Source: Ignavibacteriota bacterium (lineage in GTDB: Bacteria; Bacteroidota; Ignavibacteria; Palsa-1295). From it: a stretch of 64,000 nt of DNA. The stretch is from positions 416,001 through 480,000 of the forward strand of contig CAWBEI010000003.1 of the NCBI GenBank assembly GCA_963787835.1. Reading direction: 5' to 3'. The notes under the pieces were generated by a model. The model saw nothing but the letters and a program-made list of their open reading frames with translations, did not search any database and was not told where the DNA came from. Position 1 is the first letter of the stretch. The number at the start of each line of letters is the position of its first letter. The position numbers were made by a program, and so were the translations under genes. Of the stretch, positions 28,779-39,384 are shown in pieces.

Positions 28779-29702
28779 TCAAACGTGGTAGCCAAGTTCC
28801 GAAAGCGCTCGCTTATTCTGGCGCCAATCGGATTTGGTTTTTACGTGAAGTTCGAGATAAACAGGATGTCCGAGAAACCGTTCGATCTCCTCCCGGGCAC
28901 GCTCACCCAGCGATTTCAACGCCGAACCATCGCGCCCTATAAGAATAGATTTTTGCGTGTCGCGCTCGACGATCACTTCGGCGCTTACGAACCACTTCCC
29001 GGCCGCTCGCTCTTTGAATTCGGAGATCGCTACTTCGGTAGAATACGGAATTTCTTCCTTAAACTTTTGAAAGATTGCCTCGCGTATAAGCTCACCCACA
29101 AAGAACCGGTCGTTCTGGTCGCTTAATTGCTCTGGATCATAGAACGGCTCAGTGCTGGGAAGGTAGTTACGGAGCGTTGCGATCAACTCCTTTATGTTAT
29201 AGTTTTTTGCCGCCGAGATCGGAACAAGCTCTTTGAATTCCGGCTGTTCCCCATAGCGTTGTAAAATGGGAAGCAGATCGTTCCTGTTTTTCAATAGATC
29301 GCTTTTAGAGATAGCAAGCACGATGGGCTTCTCCCCCGCGATCTTTTTATAATCGTTCCAAAGCCCCGGTAATGCACGTTCGAACGGCTGGTGGGCCTCG
29401 GCAAGCACAAGAATGACGTCCGCGTCTGCGAACGACCGCTGCACTTCCGCGAGCATCGCCTTATGGAGCAAAGTGGTCGGACGCGGCATGATGCCGGGTG
29501 TATCGAGGAAAACGATCTGCTCCTGCGGAGTAGAATAGATCCCAAGCACGCGTTTGCGCGTTGTTTGCGGCTTGCGTGTCACGATCGAAAGCTTCGTGCC
29601 AAGCATCGCATTCATCAGCGTGGACTTACCGGCATTCGGCACTCCCACGATCGCACAATATCCGGACTTGAACCCGGTTTCTCCCGATTGGTCAGTTGTC
29701 AT
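28779..29702 (-). CDS. era: GTPase Era
   Basis: GVPNAGKSTL, KPQTTR, DTPG, EEIPYS and KH-domain ILIG..G. Confidence 0.97.
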   Translation of the reverse strand: MTTDQSGETGFKSGYCAIVGVPNAGKSTLMNAMLGTKLSIVTRKPQTTRKRVLGIYSTPQEQIVFLDTPGIMPRPTTLLHKAMLAEVQRSFADADVILVLAEAHQPFERALPGLWNDYKKIAGEKPIVLAISKSDLLKNRNDLLPILQRYGEQPEFKELVPISAAKNYNIKELIATLRNYLPSTEPFYDPEQLSDQNDRFFVGELIREAIFQKFKEEIPYSTEVAISEFKERAAGKWFVSAEVIVERDTQKSILIGRDGSALKSLGERAREEIERFLGHPVYLELHVKTKSDWRQNKRALSELGYHV

Positions 29703-30939
29703 TTTTCATTAAAGTAACCGTGCGTTGCTGCATGTTTGCCATTGCTTGTTCGGGAGTCTCGGTCTTATAAAGTGCCTTGGAAACTTCATCTTCGATGATC
29801 GCTTCTACATCGAGCCACTGCGGAATAACGGGCGTCATTCGCGCATGGGCGAGCTGTTCGGTGAATACCGCACCCTCGCGCCGATGAAGGTAAAATGTAT
29901 CTGACTGAGTCCTGACATCGGCAGGATATTCGTTCACATTCCGGGCAAATGCAAGCTCGTTAGTGGGTCGTGTAATATACTCCAGAAACAACTCCGCCTC
30001 ATGCTTCATTACGCTCTTTGCGTTAATAGCCAGATATTCACCACCAGCAAACGATTCACCGGAATGCCCGTTGTTCCCCGGAAACACAGCCGTATGCCAT
30101 TGGAACGTTGCCTTTGAAAGCCTCGGGATCAGCCACGATCCGCTGAACCACATTCCCAGCTTCCCGCGCACAAAGTCATCGTCAAGATCCTTCTGCGTTT
30201 CCATGACACCACACTCCAATTGACCGATATAGAAACGCAGTGCTTCAACGTTTTGAGGTGTGTTCATCATGGGTTGGCCCAAACTATCGAAAAGATCGCC
30301 GCCATTCGACCAAACATACGGGAGGAATTTTTTGTAAAGCCGGTGCTGATCTGATCCATTTACGCCAATGCCCTGCATGCCAATTTTTTCAGCAATAGAT
30401 TTCATTGTTTGCCAGTTCCATGCATTCGTTCCATTGGACGGAGTGGACATAGTGGCGGAGGTTGTAATAAGATCATCATTAATAAAAATAACGCGTGTAT
30501 CGAGCAGCCAGGGCACTGCAAAATAATGACCACCCCACATTCCTGAACTGAGAGCATATTTTGGCGAGGCTGCGAACCGCGACATGATAGCAGAGTCAGC
30601 ATCAAGCGGCAGGAGCACGCCACTGGAGGAAAACTGCGCAACCCAATCGCTGCCAAGTTCAAGGACATCCGGTGCCGTCTCGGAATTAAATCCGGCCATA
30701 AGTTTGGTTTTGCCGTCCGCCCAGCTAAGCTCTGTCACTTCTACGGGGATATCCGGATGCTCGCGATGAAATCCGGCAAGCAGAGAATCCATAGCAATTC
30801 GCTGTGCCGGTTCCGACCAGAAATGCGAGAATCGAAGCACACCGGGTGTGATACCACGATCGCATCCCATAATGCTTATTACTATGACGCAAAAGAAGAA
30901 ACCGCAGAACGAAACGCGCTTCAGGAAGCTCAGTGTCAT
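29692..30939 (-). CDS. Carbohydrate-type extracellular solute-binding lipoprotein
   Basis: Lipobox-like IMG/C, APDVLELGSDWVAQF, AVPWLLDTR, FAGGEYLAI. Stop overlaps the era start. Confidence 0.85.
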   Translation of the reverse strand: MTLSFLKRVSFCGFFFCVIVISIMGCDRGITPGVLRFSHFWSEPAQRIAMDSLLAGFHREHPDIPVEVTELSWADGKTKLMAGFNSETAPDVLELGSDWVAQFSSSGVLLPLDADSAIMSRFAASPKYALSSGMWGGHYFAVPWLLDTRVIFINDDLITTSATMSTPSNGTNAWNWQTMKSIAEKIGMQGIGVNGSDQHRLYKKFLPYVWSNGGDLFDSLGQPMMNTPQNVEALRFYIGQLECGVMETQKDLDDDFVRGKLGMWFSGSWLIPRLSKATFQWHTAVFPGNNGHSGESFAGGEYLAINAKSVMKHEAELFLEYITRPTNELAFARNVNEYPADVRTQSDTFYLHRREGAVFTEQLAHARMTPVIPQWLDVEAIIEDEVSKALYKTETPEQAMANMQQRTVTLMKNDN

Positions 30940-30943
30940 CGAT

Positions 30944-31474
30944 CTATTTCGTTGTGAACGAGATAAAACTGATGAGCGCGGTAATAATGACCATGATATT
31001 CGTGATAACGCCAATGGCCTGAAAGAAGACATCCAACGCACGCCCGCTTACCATAATGGTATCGCCGGGTTCGAGCAAGGGGTTTTGGGAAAGATCGCCG
31101 TTATCGCGATAGGCTTCAAGATTGTAGGTTTCAACACGCTTTTCGGAGGCGGTATCAGCATGGATGATCCGAATATCGACCAAACGAGCCGATGCCGTTG
31201 GGCCGCCCGCAAAGCTAAGCAGTTCCACCAATGACGTCGATCCCGGAACACGGTAATGCCCCGGCGCACCGACATATCCCCATAAATTAACATCGATCTG
31301 AACCTCACCCCCGCGCATGACGCTATAGATCGCCATATTAGGCGTAGTGGGATTGAGCGGCTGGCTGGCTCCCGGCCCAGTCTGGCCTGGGATAGCCGGC
31401 GGGCCTTGTGCAACTGCGGCGCCTTCCGCAGAAAGTACCAAAAATAAGGCGATGATTATGTTGGAAAATCTCAT
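30944..31474 (-). CDS. SLBB-domain protein with C-terminal TM anchor
   Basis: VNLWGYVGAPGHYRVP..LVELLSFAGG..NPLLEPGDTIMV, signal peptide and hydrophobic C-terminus. Confidence 0.85.
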   Translation of the reverse strand: MRFSNIIIALFLVLSAEGAAVAQGPPAIPGQTGPGASQPLNPTTPNMAIYSVMRGGEVQIDVNLWGYVGAPGHYRVPGSTSLVELLSFAGGPTASARLVDIRIIHADTASEKRVETYNLEAYRDNGDLSQNPLLEPGDTIMVSGRALDVFFQAIGVITNIMVIITALISFISFTTK

Positions 31475-31520
31475 GAATACAAAAATACGGTTGCGGAGCC
31501 GCCGGCGCACGTCACCGGCA

Positions 31521-32291
31521 TCACGGTTCTACAGTAAACCCCAACCAGGTCGAAGTGGAGCCGCCAAACGGTTCGATCCATTTTACACGCCACTGATACG
31601 GTACTCCAGACACAAGCGGCGTCGCGCTCATGGGATATTGGATGGTTTCTGTGTTTTCGAAATCCTGGTCGCTGCCGGACCACACATATTGTAAATTATC
31701 AAGTCGCTGAACAATGATCTGGTAACTTCCACCATCGTTCGGATCTTGCCACAATAGTTGGAGTGGGAACCCGTGCAGGGTATCGGTCCCATTCGGACTG
31801 AGAACCAGTATGCGCTGCGCATATGTAAAAGATGTCGAAATTCCAACATGCGTCGGATGACTATACGTAACAGCGTTGGTTGGGGAACGATAAAATGCCT
31901 GAAGCTGGTAATAATACGTCGCGCCGGGCGTAATCCCCAACGTGTCAGAATAGGAAGTATCCAATGGTGAAATGAGCTGATTGCTGCTTTCTATATCTGC
32001 GATCGTCGTGCGATGCGCGAGCAGTCCGTCGGAGCCGACACTCGAATCGCCAACGGAACGATAAAGAAGATACCCGGTCGTAGTGCCCGTTGAGTCGGGT
32101 TTCCATTCAATATCGATCGCATTCTGAGGGCCCGCATCTGCGTAAATGCCGTGATCCACTGGATCAGGTGGCGAGGTATTCGGAACGAAAACTGGCGGCG
32201 GCGGCGTGACCACCGGTTCAGGGGGCGCGCTACACGCTGCAAGCATCACGGCGACCAGTGCAATGCCACATTTCCGGTTCCTGTTATTCAC
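31521..32291 (-). CDS. Lipoprotein with FN3-like domains
   Basis: LAA/C lipobox; IEW..GYLLYRS..YSD..YYYQL; YQWRV. Confidence 0.75.
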   Translation of the reverse strand: MNNRNRKCGIALVAVMLAACSAPPEPVVTPPPPVFVPNTSPPDPVDHGIYADAGPQNAIDIEWKPDSTGTTTGYLLYRSVGDSSVGSDGLLAHRTTIADIESSNQLISPLDTSYSDTLGITPGATYYYQLQAFYRSPTNAVTYSHPTHVGISTSFTYAQRILVLSPNGTDTLHGFPLQLLWQDPNDGGSYQIIVQRLDNLQYVWSGSDQDFENTETIQYPMSATPLVSGVPYQWRVKWIEPFGGSTSTWLGFTVEP

Positions 32292-33360
32292 TCGTTGAAT
32301 CCTTCTTCATAAGATTATCGAGATCTGCGGAAAAGCTCAAACGGTTCTCCGGCCCGAGTGCATTATTGATCGAGAGCGAGTAATTGATGTCGATCTTATG
32401 CTCCCAATTATAACCTGCTCCGGTCGTGAACTCCCCCTGATCGAGGCCGAGCCGAAGCGAGATGTTCTTTTCGTAGGTCATCTCCAAACCGAAGCGTGGC
32501 AACGCCCGTTCATTCATCAGGTAGTCTGTGGAAAATGTAGCGACAGACTGAATGGCTGGAATCGGCTGGGCATACGCGATCCCGCCATTGACCTGCATGG
32601 GAATGATCTCAGTTCGCTGGGTACTCCAGGCGAGTTGTGTTCCCGCAATATCGGTGACCGAAACACCTAAGGAAACCTTACCAAGCGCGGGATTCAACAA
32701 AAATTCCGCGAGAGAAAACCGGAGCATCGCACCACCATCGACTCCAATGGCATTCGCCGTGCCAAAACTCCCGATCGCCTGATGAATGACCTTGAAATTA
32801 ATTCCAATGGGTACTTCGATCTGTTCTTTGTAATAGAGCCAGCCCCAGTCCAGCGTAAATTTATTATCCCGCGCGATCGATAGCACGATGGCATCCTCAT
32901 TATCGCTGAAATAATTCGGAGCGCCGTCATATATTTCCTCGACGAGTTGCGCGCGTTCATCGGTAACACTGACATTAGTAAGATCCGGCGTTTGATTGAG
33001 ATCGCCGACGGAAAGCCGCACCCAGTTCAAAGCCAGCGTCATATCCTTCATTGGATAAGTAAACCCAAGCTGATAAAAGTTTGCAAGTGAGTTCCCAGGT
33101 GTTCCATATTCAGCGGAATACATAAACCCAAAGAGCTGATCCGGAATTAACGAAACGCCCGCAGGATTCCAGTGAAATGCGGACTCATCATTCGCAATGG
33201 CAGTATAAGCGCCGCCCATCCCGAGTGCGCGTGACCCGACCGGGATCCGAAGAAATTCCCCGGCATAAAGATCCTGAGCATGCGACGAAGAAACACTCCC
33301 GACGAGCAAGGTCATTGCGAGAAGGATTTCGAAGCGAAGCGACGAAATCCGACGAAGCAA
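32284..33360 (-). CDS. PorV/PorQ-family (FadL-like) outer-membrane protein; start probably TTG 33360 inside a repeat
   Basis: FLRIPVGSRALGMGGAYTAIAND.SA.HWNPAG signature and beta-barrel C-terminus. Confidence 0.85.
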   Translation of the reverse strand: MLRRISSLRFEILLAMTLLVGSVSSSHAQDLYAGEFLRIPVGSRALGMGGAYTAIANDESAFHWNPAGVSLIPDQLFGFMYSAEYGTPGNSLANFYQLGFTYPMKDMTLALNWVRLSVGDLNQTPDLTNVSVTDERAQLVEEIYDGAPNYFSDNEDAIVLSIARDNKFTLDWGWLYYKEQIEVPIGINFKVIHQAIGSFGTANAIGVDGGAMLRFSLAEFLLNPALGKVSLGVSVTDIAGTQLAWSTQRTEIIPMQVNGGIAYAQPIPAIQSVATFSTDYLMNERALPRFGLEMTYEKNISLRLGLDQGEFTTGAGYNWEHKIDINYSLSINNALGPENRLSFSADLDNLMKKDSTSE

Positions 33361-33430
33361 TCTCTTCGGGGAAGGATATTGCTTCGTCGAACAAATCTCC
33401 CTCTGGTCGATTCGTTCTCCTCGCAATGAC
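33311..33430. repeat. GTCATTGCGAG...CTCGCAATGAC palindromic (RPE/REP-like) element, copy 1
   Basis: Terminal inverted repeats plus internal GAAGCAAT/ATTGCTTC and GGATTTCG/CGAAATCC stems. A second copy lies at 45641-45768. Confidence 0.9.
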
Positions 33431-33445
33431 AATATATATATATGC

Positions 33446-36400
33446 CTATCGAACACGCGCAAATTTTCCTTTTACCTCTTGTGTCGATGATGACGTATTG
33501 ACCGTCAGTCTGTAAAAATACACTCCATTGGCGACCTCCGCACCACCGTCATCCAGACCATTCCACCATACCTCATGATAGCCGATGCTGGTCGGCGTTC
33601 CGGTACCGCCCTGCAAAAAGCCGAAGGTTCGCGTTGGATCGGTGGATGGGTAACTCATCGTACGGATACGCCTCCCGCTAACAGTATAAATATCGAGACT
33701 CACCGATTGTGCGTACGCAATACCGCTGATCTGATAGGCAATGAACATTTGCACCCCAGTGAACGGATTTGGGAACGAACCAAGTACGACCACCCCGAAC
33801 TGATTCGATACATGGACATCCAGTTCTTTCGCCGGAGCATTCGTTTGTCCGTTATTATCCGTCGCCTGAATAGTGATGGTATGGTTACCGCTCGAAAGCG
33901 ATGGCTGCATCGTGAGATTTAATGTGGTCTGCGTTCGGCTCGAATCCAGCATGACATACTGCGATGGCTGAAGCGCGCGGTTATCGATCTTCACGATCGT
34001 TTTTCCCGGCGTAATGTCGATACCATTGGCATCCTGAATGATCGCATCGAGTTTCGGCTGTGGAGGAACTTCGCCGTTATTGATGAACACCTGCCCTTCG
34101 ACCGTAATATCCACGATAGGTGGAACCTTATCCGTATTATACGCAATCGCGAACGTGCCGAGATTGGTGATCGAAGCAGTCAACTGATTTGGCGAAGGAC
34201 GTGACGTGGAAAGAATGGTCCATAGTTTTGATCGGTCGTCCAGGCGATAAATAAAAAGGCTGTCGTTGCTATGGAGCTTAATAAGCGAATCGTTCAGATT
34301 CAAGGTTACGGTAAGTGTCGAAGGACCAAACCTCGAAGTAGTAAGCGCGATGGCACCAAGTGAATCGCTCACAATGCGAAGGCTTGAATAGCGCACTTTC
34401 TTGTCCGTGTACATGGGCAGGAAGTGAATATCCGGCTGGGCGGTTTGCGCTGGAGTATAAACTCGGGCTACGCGAATGACATCGGCACCGATATTCCCTT
34501 CCGCACCAGGTTGCAGACCCAGGACAACCTCACCATTGTTGAAGACCGCAGGTGTTGTGGATACTCCATCCGATGTCGTTCCCACGGCGGAAAGATAGGC
34601 AACAGCGCCAGGCGCAAAAGCGAGAGGCAGCGTGGTATCGTTGGTTGTGATACTATCTCGTAGATTAAGTGGGCCAATGCCCGCTTCCGGAGTAATTGCA
34701 AACGCCAGTGTGGACGAATCGAGCGAGGTGATCACAAGTGGGATACTCACCAAGGTATCACTGTGTGAAGCAATTTCACTTACAGAGGTGCTTCCAAGTA
34801 ACTGTGGCGCACCGGATCGCATATTCAACAGCGAGGCCATCGCCGAACTCACTGGAGATGACCCCCAATTGTACACAAATTCGTTCCATACCAGCCCGTT
34901 TTTCGTCGATGCGTATTTGCCACTAACCGAACGGTGGTACAGATCTTTATCCGCCGAAGGATCGCTGGCCGCTCCAACAATAATATAAATTGAATCCGAG
35001 GTAATATTATCGCTGCCCGGCAATCAGAGAAACGGTGGCCACGACTTTATTTCCCGCACTTATCGTGCTGGCCGGAATGACGACGTGATACCGATCCGAG
35101 ATCGGCAGCATCGTCATCGGAGGTAACGCATTCGCTGTGACCACCCCGTTTGCACTTTGCGAATAGATCGTGATATTCGCTGTCACGCTTGTGATCGGCT
35201 GTGGGGTCTGGATTGCCGCGCTGAAATCCAGCGGCAGGCCCACCGGCAAGGGATGTGGCTCAAAATCCAACTCGGTTATTCGGGAATTAGTAATGGTTAT
35301 ATCTTCTGCGGTAGCAGCAAACTGGTTCGTCGATTTATCATACACAATAGCACGGTACGTTCCGTACGGCATGGTAACGATCGGAACATTATCGGTCAGC
35401 GTAAACGCACCACCCGTGACGGGGATATTGTCTATACTATGCACCGGTGATAGCGGGCTGAGGACATCGTTGGCAAGTTCGATACGCGCCACGCCACTCT
35501 TGATCGTGGTTGTGCCTGTTAGCTGCACCGTCCCCGAAGGCTGAAGGACACGGCTGGAAAGCGTAAGCCCAACTCTATCCGTCGGATAATTTGGCGATAG
35601 CAATGGATCACCCAAAAAATGGTAGCAATAGACGAGCGTCGGAGGGATAAGATCGCCAGAAAGCGCCTCGGAAAGAAAATCCATCTTGGCGTCGATGATG
35701 CGCTCGGCCATCGTTCCACCGACGGAATCATAGATGCGTGGAACAACCGCTTCTGCAAGACGGGCATCATTTTGCTCCCATCCAAAACTTGTGGTTCCCA
35801 ACGCTGCGATCGAGCCGGCACTTGCAATATTTTGTAGGCTATTGAGTATCCCAGTGTTCGGACCATCGTATGTTGCGGTAAAGCAGGTCATGCTCAGAAC
35901 GAGTGGATACCGTGCATTATTATTGAAGCCCGTTACCTGGGGATTTGACAGGAACGGCGGACCGCTGGTGTCATTGACGGGATCATCCCAAATATCTGCG
36001 CCGCCATGGCCGAAATAGGCGATCAGTCCTAGCCCATTGTTGACATTATCAAATACGGTTTCTTGGGTTCCATGATAAGGTGACGCGGGAACTGTCGATT
36101 GACGCAGCACACTGACACGTTCCGGAAGCGCACCCTGCAAAATTCTACCGATGCCAGTATCGAAACTTCCACCGGCTCCAATAAAGAGCGCGCGGTCTTT
36201 CCAGTCTCCGGGAATCGCGGGATCGGATTCAAATTGTTTGAGCTTAGTGATATACGCCGCATCGCCGCTAATGTTCGAAGTTGCAAGACGGCCCAGAACC
36301 AGATCCGGCACAAGGTCATTGCTATCGAGCATGGAATACCATGCATCGGCAGCGACATCCCCTTCGATATAAGCCTGAATATAGGGCGCGGGAACCTGAT

Positions 36401-38708
36401 CGTTTGGGAAATATTCTTCCGAATCGTCCGTGCCTTCGTGCGTTACCCCGACAAGCAGCACATATTTGGGAGGATCTTGCCAATTATTATAGGCATACGT
36501 TAAAAATGATTTGATCGCATTTGCGGATGGACTCCCATAATGAAATTCATCATAGATATTTGCAACATCGATGAGCTGAGTGGTCACATGGTTCGTGCTG
36601 GCGCGGTAACTTAGCAGATCCTGCAGCGGAACATGTGCGTTGTTATTCCCTTTCGGAAGATGGTCGCGATTTGTGATGACGATATACTCGCCAGAGTTCG
36701 ATGGCGAGGCAAGGCCGGCAAAATTGTCCTTCTCATACTTGTAAGGCTTGAGCTTGCCGGAATCCGTGACAGCGAAAAACTCGTCGGCTGCACTGGTAAT
36801 ATTAACCTGAAAGATCGCCTGCGTACTACGCTCCTGCTTGGGATTAGAAACGAAGACAACATTGGATATCTTCGAAATCCCCTTCCGATAAATGGAAATA
36901 TCGGTGCGATCGAAATTTTGCAGCGTAAATTGATACAGTCCTGCGGTGCTGTATTGCGGCGCATGAAAGGTGATCGTGTCCTGATAGGCATAATACCTGC
37001 GATTATATCCGATCTCGATCCAATTGAACGCGAATCGGCAACTTTGAACCGGTGTCTGCTTTTGCTGCGCGACTGTGATCGCGATCGGTGGAAGTCCTCC
37101 GCTGGTATCTGCCGGATTAACGCCCAACAACTGCGCGGATGGAATATAGGAGACAAGCTGCGATGCCGTGTCGGTCGACAGGAACTTCAAGTTCTGACCG
37201 CTCCAGACGCCGTGCAGCACTGCTTGCTGATTGACCGAGATCAACGCATCTTCTTCGCTATCGACATACGGAAGGGGGTTACCTTTCTCATCGGTCGCGC
37301 CCTGCACATAATCATCGATACCATGCAGCGCGACCCGAAAAGAAACTGGCCGGTTTTGCCGCACATCCGGGTACGGCACAATGGTACTTGCCGTGTAACT
37401 CGAAGGATATGTTCCACCCGTCGAAACGATTCCCATAAACCAGTGATCTCGCAGATCGGAACGCTGATCGATATCCGTGACATCGAGCGGGTCAGAAATG
37501 TTATCTTGCTCGAAGTGTATCTTGGTCGCGAATGAGCTATCCTTCAGATCGACATAAAAACTGTTGCGCGGATAAGGCGACCGGTTAGCCGTTCGGATTT
37601 CACCCGATTCCTCCGCCAACCGCTTTACTCCCGTCACTGGGATCGGTGAATAATGACTTCCCCACACGAGGAAATAAATATTGTTTTTTGTGTCCGGGTC
37701 GTAATAAAAATCCCCAAGCGTATCTGGCCCGTTATACCGCTCCTTGTTGCCAAAGAACTCGAAATAATCATCCGAATGAAAATGGCCATCCTGATAAATA
37801 TCGGAAACATAGACGGCAACTTGCTGCCCTTTATTAATGACCCGCAAGGTTGCTGGATCGATCTGCGAAGGATCGATCCCAAAATGTTGGAGATCGCTAA
37901 AAGTGATATGATAAATACCGCTCTGGCGGACGTACATCCGATAGACATTTCCATCGTCAGACTGAATGCCGGGAAGTTGCTGAACATCCCCGACCGACAG
38001 TGTTTGCATGCCTTTAGACTGGCCACGACTCGCAGCAAGACGCGATCTAAACACTCCGTTCGATACTTTGAACGGCTCATTTAAGTCTGTGACCGGTAGT
38101 GATGAAAGCCCCGACGGATCGGTAATTTGGACAATGATCTTTTTCGCCGCGCGAATAGTGGACGAACCGGATCTATCCAGAATTCCCAGTTCGAGTCGCG
38201 AAATATCAGCCGCCCGCATCGTTCCCATAAAGGTAAGCCCAGCATAGCCGATTCCGTGGTGCTCACTGGATATCGGCTTCGGTCGGTGAACCGACGCTCC
38301 CGGCTTCCCATTACTCGCAACATCCTCGATTAGTGTGCTGGTGAGGTCAAGTTTATTTGCCGTTGTGTTCACATCGTTATGCGAAAGGATCGTTACACTT
38401 GCATGGCGAGAAACCCGGAGCGGGATCGCGATCGAAGCTAAGGCATCGCCGCCCTGAACTTGTCCGGAAATTCGGCGAACGCGAAGCACCTTTTGAAAGG
38501 TATCGAACGTGGGTGAAGGGAGCGTGACTTCAATCGTTACCGTGTTCCCCGATCGTTTCAATTCCCGTACCTTAACACCTCCTGGAAGATGAGCGCGAGA
38601 GGACACCGCGAATAGCAGGATGCTAATCGCGCAAGCAAACCCGATGCATCGTTTGGGATGCAGACATCGAAGGCGATTCGAATGGCGCATGGAGCGCGGC
38701 CAGAGCAT
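33446..38708 (-). CDS. PorU-like C25 (gingipain-family) cysteine peptidase, split by a +1 frameshift near 35015
   Basis: ORF 35007-38708: YRMYV..GIY, IYDEF..G, FGHGG and MTC catalytic motifs. ORF 33446-35023: D..PP.V..IQD.NGID, FPNPF, WNGLDDGG.EVANGVYFY CTD. Confidence 0.8.
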
Positions 38709-38956
38709 CGAAAATAATTCGACTTTATTAATGGCACATCATCTCAGAAGACCAAACGCGGGGCAACGCTGGCAAACCTGAGTACAGAGCGTGGCGATGG
38801 ATGATGAATCACCCACACTTCTACATAATACTACACAAAAATGACCTCAGTTCAGTTCATTTTTGAGAAAACTTGCATTCAAGCGGCACAAGAATCCACT
38901 GCTCCCTGTTTCGCTACCCTGTCCACATTCAGGAATGTGGGCGCTAACCATGTTTT

Positions 38957-39044
38957 GGAGAGGTGCAGGAGTGGTTTATCTGGGTCGCCTGGAAAGCGGC
39001 TGTACGTTAATAGCGTACCGAGAGTTCGAATCTCTCCTTCTCCG
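38957..39044 (+). tRNA. tRNA-Ser (anticodon GGA)
   Basis: GGAGAGG/CTTCTCC acceptor stem, GTCGC-CT-GGA-AA-GCGGC anticodon arm, long variable arm GTACG..CGTAC, GTTCGAATC. Confidence 0.96.
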
Positions 39045-39384
39045 CTGTAATTGAGGTGTGGACCATTTGGGGCTCTTCGAGATGACTGAGAGCGTACGTA
39101 TCGAGTCTTTATATGTCTTTTATGAAAAGTAAGCGTCACTTATAAATTATTCATAATTTTTATTTGTAACCCGAGCGACCTTGTGCGTTTTAAATAATAG
39201 GAAGGATTCTGTCAATGAGAGAGATCGGGGGGCTGCACTATGGATTCGGAAGTCGGGGAGAAGGTAGCTGGCTTTCCTATTCAACCGACAGGTTTTCCTA
39301 TTAAAGATTGTATTTTTCGGAGTGGTCGTTTCGGGCAGGAGAAATTAAGTTTTTGTAACTTCTTTTGCTGTTTAATTCGTTGTT

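Noticed and set aside
33432-33443. (AT)6 dinucleotide run beside the palindromic repeat
   Set aside because: Short, and upstream of the most plausible start codon; no evidence that it switches anything.
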